NCBI GenBank assembly: GCA_016177805.1
Contig: JACOUN010000036.1
Span: 1 to 28,118 of the forward strand
DNA length: 28,118 nucleotides
Reading direction: 5' to 3'
Source: Rhodocyclales bacterium
GTDB lineage: Bacteria; Pseudomonadota; Gammaproteobacteria; Burkholderiales; Rhodocyclaceae
A program made the translations under genes and the position numbers. Below are positions 25,153 to 28,118 of this stretch, in pieces (position 1 is the first letter of the stretch; every line of letters starts with the position of its first letter). Below the pieces are notes generated by a model. That model saw only the letters and a program-made list of their open reading frames with translations. It had not been told where the DNA came from and ran no database searches.

Positions 25153-26115
25153 ATGATCGCAGGTGTTTTGTGTGCCCTGGGCGCCGGGCTGATGTGGGGG
25201 CTGATATTCCTGGTGCCGTTGATACTGGGTGACTACCCGCCGGTGGTGCTGGCGTTCGGCCGTTACGTGGCGTTCGGCCTGCTGGCGGTGGGGCTGGCGT
25301 GGTTCGATCGGCGCGCGCTGGCACGCCTGACGCGGGACGACTGGAAGGAGGCCGCCAGGCTCGCGCTGGTGGGCAACCTGCTGTACTACGGCACCCTGGC
25401 GGCGGCTATACAGTTGGCGGGGGCGCAGGTGCCAGCGCTGATCATCGGCACCTTGCCGGTCGTCATCGCAATCACCGCCAACCTGGTCGAACAACGTAGC
25501 GGCGCGGATAACGGCGCGGTCCAGTGGCGGCGCCTGGCCTTGCCGCTGGCGATCATGTTCGCCGGCCTGGTGTTCGTGCAGCATGGCCCCGATGGCGTGG
25601 CGGAACCCGCGCGGGCACCGGGGGTTTCCTACGTGAGCGGGCTGCTGCTCGCGCTGTGCGCGCTGCTGTGCTGGACCTGGTACCCACTGCGTAACAGCCG
25701 CTGGCTGCGCGCCCGTCCACCCGGACTGTCGCGCGCCTGGGCGACCGCCCAGGGCTTGGCGACCCTGCCGCTGGCCGTGCTGGCGGCGCTGGGTTATGCG
25801 GTCTGGGAGTGGCTGGCGCACGAGGCCGGGGGGCGCTACGCGTGGCCGTTCGGAGCGCGTCCGGGCATGTACGTCGGACTGATGGTGCTGACCGGCCTTG
25901 CGGCCTCGTGGCTGGGGACGCTGTTGTGGAACAAGGCCAGCCATCTGCTACCGGCGCCTCTGGTGGGGCAGTTGATCGTGTTCGAGACGCTGGCGGCGTT
26001 GCTTTATGCCTTTGCCTGGGAGGCACGCTGGCCTGTGGCATACGAGGTCGTGGGGATCGTGTTGCTGGTGGGTGGGGTGTTGCTCGGTGTGAGGATTTTT
26101 CGTGCGTCTGACTGA
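25153..26115 (+). CDS. DMT-superfamily (EamA-like) transporter, 320 aa, 10 TM.
   Basis: Hydrophobic duplicated 5-TM architecture starting MIAGVLCALGAGLMWGLIFLVP. The six-frame ORF starts earlier, but the upstream part is non-hydrophobic and lacks an SD. Confidence 0.8.
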   Translation: MIAGVLCALGAGLMWGLIFLVPLILGDYPPVVLAFGRYVAFGLLAVGLAWFDRRALARLTRDDWKEAARLALVGNLLYYGTLAAAIQLAGAQVPALIIGTLPVVIAITANLVEQRSGADNGAVQWRRLALPLAIMFAGLVFVQHGPDGVAEPARAPGVSYVSGLLLALCALLCWTWYPLRNSRWLRARPPGLSRAWATAQGLATLPLAVLAALGYAVWEWLAHEAGGRYAWPFGARPGMYVGLMVLTGLAASWLGTLLWNKASHLLPAPLVGQLIVFETLAALLYAFAWEARWPVAYEVVGIVLLVGGVLLGVRIFRASD

Positions 26116-26214
26116 CCAAAGAGTCGCCTGGTATTGTCTGCCTTTCCCAAGCATTGAGGTTCCACCCGCCATACGCATTCATTCTCGCAGGAATTGTATG
26201 GTTTCCGATCTGTA

Positions 26215-26244
26215 GCCAAGCAGCATTAATGCTATCATCTTGGC
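26215..26244. promoter_or_regulatory. Nested palindrome GCCAAG-c-AGCATTAATGCT-atcat-CTTGGC in an AT-richer intergenic zone. The core 12 bp is a perfect palindrome.
   Basis: Read directly from the sequence. It lies about 230 bp upstream of the HTH gene, where GC content drops compared with the flanks. Confidence 0.35.
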
Positions 26245-26475
26245 CCATGTCGGCTGGTGCATGGCGCTGTGGGCGGCGTGCCACCAATGCCGACGCATCG
26301 ATGGTGCAGACCAACTGCGGCGCCGAACAAGGCGCGCCCGCGTAACGCCGGCAGCGGCGCGGCAAGGAATGAAACAGGGGGGGGCGCCACGATTCCCACA
26401 GATCCAGTCGAACTGAAACTTCAACCTCCGCACCGCGCCTTCCGGGCGGCGTTTCAAACCGGAGTCGGTATTACG

Positions 26476-26775
26476 ATGAAGCTAAAAATCTACACCGCCG
26501 CCGAGGTTCGCGAGCTACGCCGCAAGAGCGGCCAGACCCAATACAAGTTCTGGCAATGCCTGCACATCACACAGAGCGGCGGCAGTCGGTATGAGTCGGG
26601 GCACAAGATGCCGGCGCCCGTACAACTGCTGTTGAACATAACCTTTGGCACAGAAGCCAAGTCTGCGGCCTGCGTTAACGCGCTGCGCGAGCTGGCGAAG
26701 CCGCCGAAGAAGACAAAGGCTCCGAAACCGGCGAAACCGGCGAAAGAGGTGACCGCGTTTGGCATGCTGCCATGA
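26476..26775 (+). CDS. Small XRE-family helix-turn-helix DNA-binding protein (99 aa) with a Lys/Pro/Ala-rich basic C-terminal tail.
   Basis: A GGAG SD lies 10 nt upstream. The HTH reads VRELRRKSGQTQYKFWQCLHITQSGGSRYESGHKMPAPVQLLL. The tail reads KPPKKTKAPKPAKPAKE. Confidence 0.7.
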   Translation: MKLKIYTAAEVRELRRKSGQTQYKFWQCLHITQSGGSRYESGHKMPAPVQLLLNITFGTEAKSAACVNALRELAKPPKKTKAPKPAKPAKEVTAFGMLP

Positions 26776-27081
26776 CGATGCGGGACGAAACGCCATTGCG
26801 GCCGACCATCCGACCGCGATGGCCCCCGACCCGTGAATCAGTCACGGTGTTGACGGACGCCAGCCTTCCCGGAATGGCGGTAGCAGACGGCTCGTCGAGC
26901 GCCTGAGGACGCACGCTGCGCAATGGGCTGCCCAAGACGTGCACAGGAACACACCGAACATGACATCGCCCATCGCCCGGCAACGGCCTGGCGTACCCAA
27001 CCCCTACAGCGGCGTAGCGCCGAAGCGCCAGCGCAGCGCTCCGATCACGCTTCAGATGGCGCCGAGCGGCTGCCTTCAGGT

Positions 27082-27861
27082 ATGTTGAATAAGCTCCGCG
27101 CGCAGTTTCCCCGGCTCGAAGGGCCGCTCCTTACGGGCCTGAGTCCGTTCACCCTACGCGGTGAGGTGATCGGATGGATCGTCCGGATCGGGCGGCAAGG
27201 CATCTTGTTTCAGCGGGATTTCTGGGCCTCGACCCATTGCGGCATGGAGGCGGCTTTTCGCGCCGCGTCCGCCTACCGGGATGAGGTCGATCGGGACTAC
27301 CCCCGGCTGTCGAGCGCCGAGCGATGCACGACGCTGCGCGCCAACAATACCAGCGGGATCCCAGGGGTAAGCCGGCAGATGGTGGAAGGCAGGCCGTACT
27401 GGGTGGCGGAAGTGGGCGTTCGGGGATACAAGAAGGCGCGCCGCTTCTCCATCCGCAAGTATGGCGACGAGCGTGCCCGGAATCTGGCGATCGAGGCCCG
27501 CCGCGCGCTCCTCGCGCACGTGCAAACCCTGCAAGAGCGTCGGGCCGAGCGGTCCCCACTTGAATCTGCGCAGCCCGAAAACCTGCCCCTGGCGCGGGCC
27601 GCGCTGCGCGGCTTTCCGTGGCCGAATCCCCATGTGCATCGTGCCAGTGGTGTTCTGGGTGTGCGGCTCATGCGCGCCGAACACGTGCGCAAGGACGGAA
27701 CGGTGTCGGTTGCCGAACACTGGATGGCCTCGATGAAGGTTGCCGAGCGGACCTATCGCGCCTGTTTCTCCGTGAAACGCTTCGGCAACGAAGAGGCCAT
27801 GCGTCTGGCGATCGAGCAGCGCAGGGCATGGGAGGCCGAGTACAGAAAACCCCGACGCTGA
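27082..27861 (+). CDS. Protein with three tandem AP2 (Apetala-2/ERF-like) DNA-binding domains, about 259 aa.
   Basis: Three repeats of the AP2 pattern are present. Two examples are SGIPGVSRQMVEGRPYWVAEVGVRGYKKARRFSIRKYGDERARNLAIEARRAL and SGVLGVRLMRAEHV...WMASMKVAERTYRACFSVKRFGNEEAMRLAIEQRRAWE. The first repeat contains GWIVRIGRQGILFQRDFW...EAAFRAASAYRDE. An alternative upstream start at 26923 exists. Confidence 0.65.
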   Translation: MLNKLRAQFPRLEGPLLTGLSPFTLRGEVIGWIVRIGRQGILFQRDFWASTHCGMEAAFRAASAYRDEVDRDYPRLSSAERCTTLRANNTSGIPGVSRQMVEGRPYWVAEVGVRGYKKARRFSIRKYGDERARNLAIEARRALLAHVQTLQERRAERSPLESAQPENLPLARAALRGFPWPNPHVHRASGVLGVRLMRAEHVRKDGTVSVAEHWMASMKVAERTYRACFSVKRFGNEEAMRLAIEQRRAWEAEYRKPRR

Positions 27862-28009
27862 TCAGGTGGCGCCGCAAAGGGCGGCTCGCTCTCCCGTTTC
27901 CAACGCGCGACATCTGCCCCGCCCGAGCGGCATCACCCGCGACCACCACTTCGCAACCCGCGCCACAACTAACATCCGACCCCTGTCAGTAATTATTTTG
28001 AGTTACTAC

Positions 28010-28039
28010 TTGACATAGCGAAACGAGCTGACGCACAAT
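28010..28039 (+). promoter_or_regulatory. Candidate sigma70 promoter (TTGACA-N18-CACAAT) for the last gene, with an adjacent inverted repeat GTAATTATTTTGAGTTAC at 27989..28006.
   Basis: A perfect -35 hexamer and a 4/6 -10 match, about 30 nt upstream of ATG 28072. Confidence 0.3.
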
Positions 28040-28071
28040 CGCCGAAATCCCAATCATCCTAGGCGTACATC

Positions 28072-28118
28072 ATGAACCGCATTCTCGTTGCGCATACCCC
28101 GCTGGGTAAAGCCCTATG
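28072..28118 (+). CDS. Start of an unidentified protein (MNRILVAHTPLGKAL...), truncated by the window end.
   Basis: An ATG with a putative upstream promoter. Only 15 codons are visible. Confidence 0.3.
   Translation, partial: MNRILVAHTPLGKAL

Noticed and set aside
26154-26345. TTG-initiated 63-aa hydrophobic ORF in the AT-rich spacer
   Set aside because: It starts at a non-ATG codon without an SD, spans the palindrome, and has a low-complexity C-terminus. I treat it as non-coding pending conservation or Ribo-seq evidence.

Overview
This is a high-GC window (about 65-70%) that looks proteobacterial, possibly from a Rhodocyclales-like betaproteobacterium; that placement is a guess.

The left third is an RtcR-controlled RNA-repair locus whose architecture differs from the E. 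coli rtcBA paradigm.
- The CARF/sigma54 activator gene rtcR (6547..8139, +) is divergent from a sigma54-type promoter on the minus strand (6394..6410).
- That promoter is positioned to drive, in order: two tandem tRNA-like RNA elements (6153..6265), an SPFH/band-7 protein, RtcB, a pol-beta-superfamily nucleotidyltransferase that overlaps rtcA by 8 nt, and RtcA.
- A conserved unknown 307-aa protein lies co-oriented about 116 bp further downstream.
- The tRNA-like elements sit in the roughly 490-nt leader between the sigma54 promoter and the SPFH start.
- As I recall it, comparative genomics (Burroughs and Aravind) predicted this kind of SPFH/tRNA-like/RtcB/NTase module as a poorly characterised RNA-repair system. 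The tandem tRNA mimics are the single most interesting thing here.

The middle of the window is ordinary housekeeping or accessory metabolism:
- an ABC-2 exporter pair;
- an LpxH-like metallophosphoesterase translationally coupled to a GT4 glycosyltransferase;
- a DUF3429 membrane protein;
- a long acyl-CoA ligase followed by a Liv-type ABC importer (livG-H-M-K-F) and a PaaK-like ligase;
- an AEC transporter;
- a PhaM-like protein with a Lys/Pro-rich tail;
- a sigma54/NtrC-type regulated ammonium transporter;
- a DMT transporter.

The right end (from about 26.1 kb) has lower GC and carries a small XRE-HTH protein with a KPAKPAK tail and a protein with three AP2 domains, which suggests an acquired island fragment.

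I found no canonical tRNA or rRNA genes and no CRISPR arrays. Many long antisense ORFs in the six-frame track are GC artefacts and are not called.
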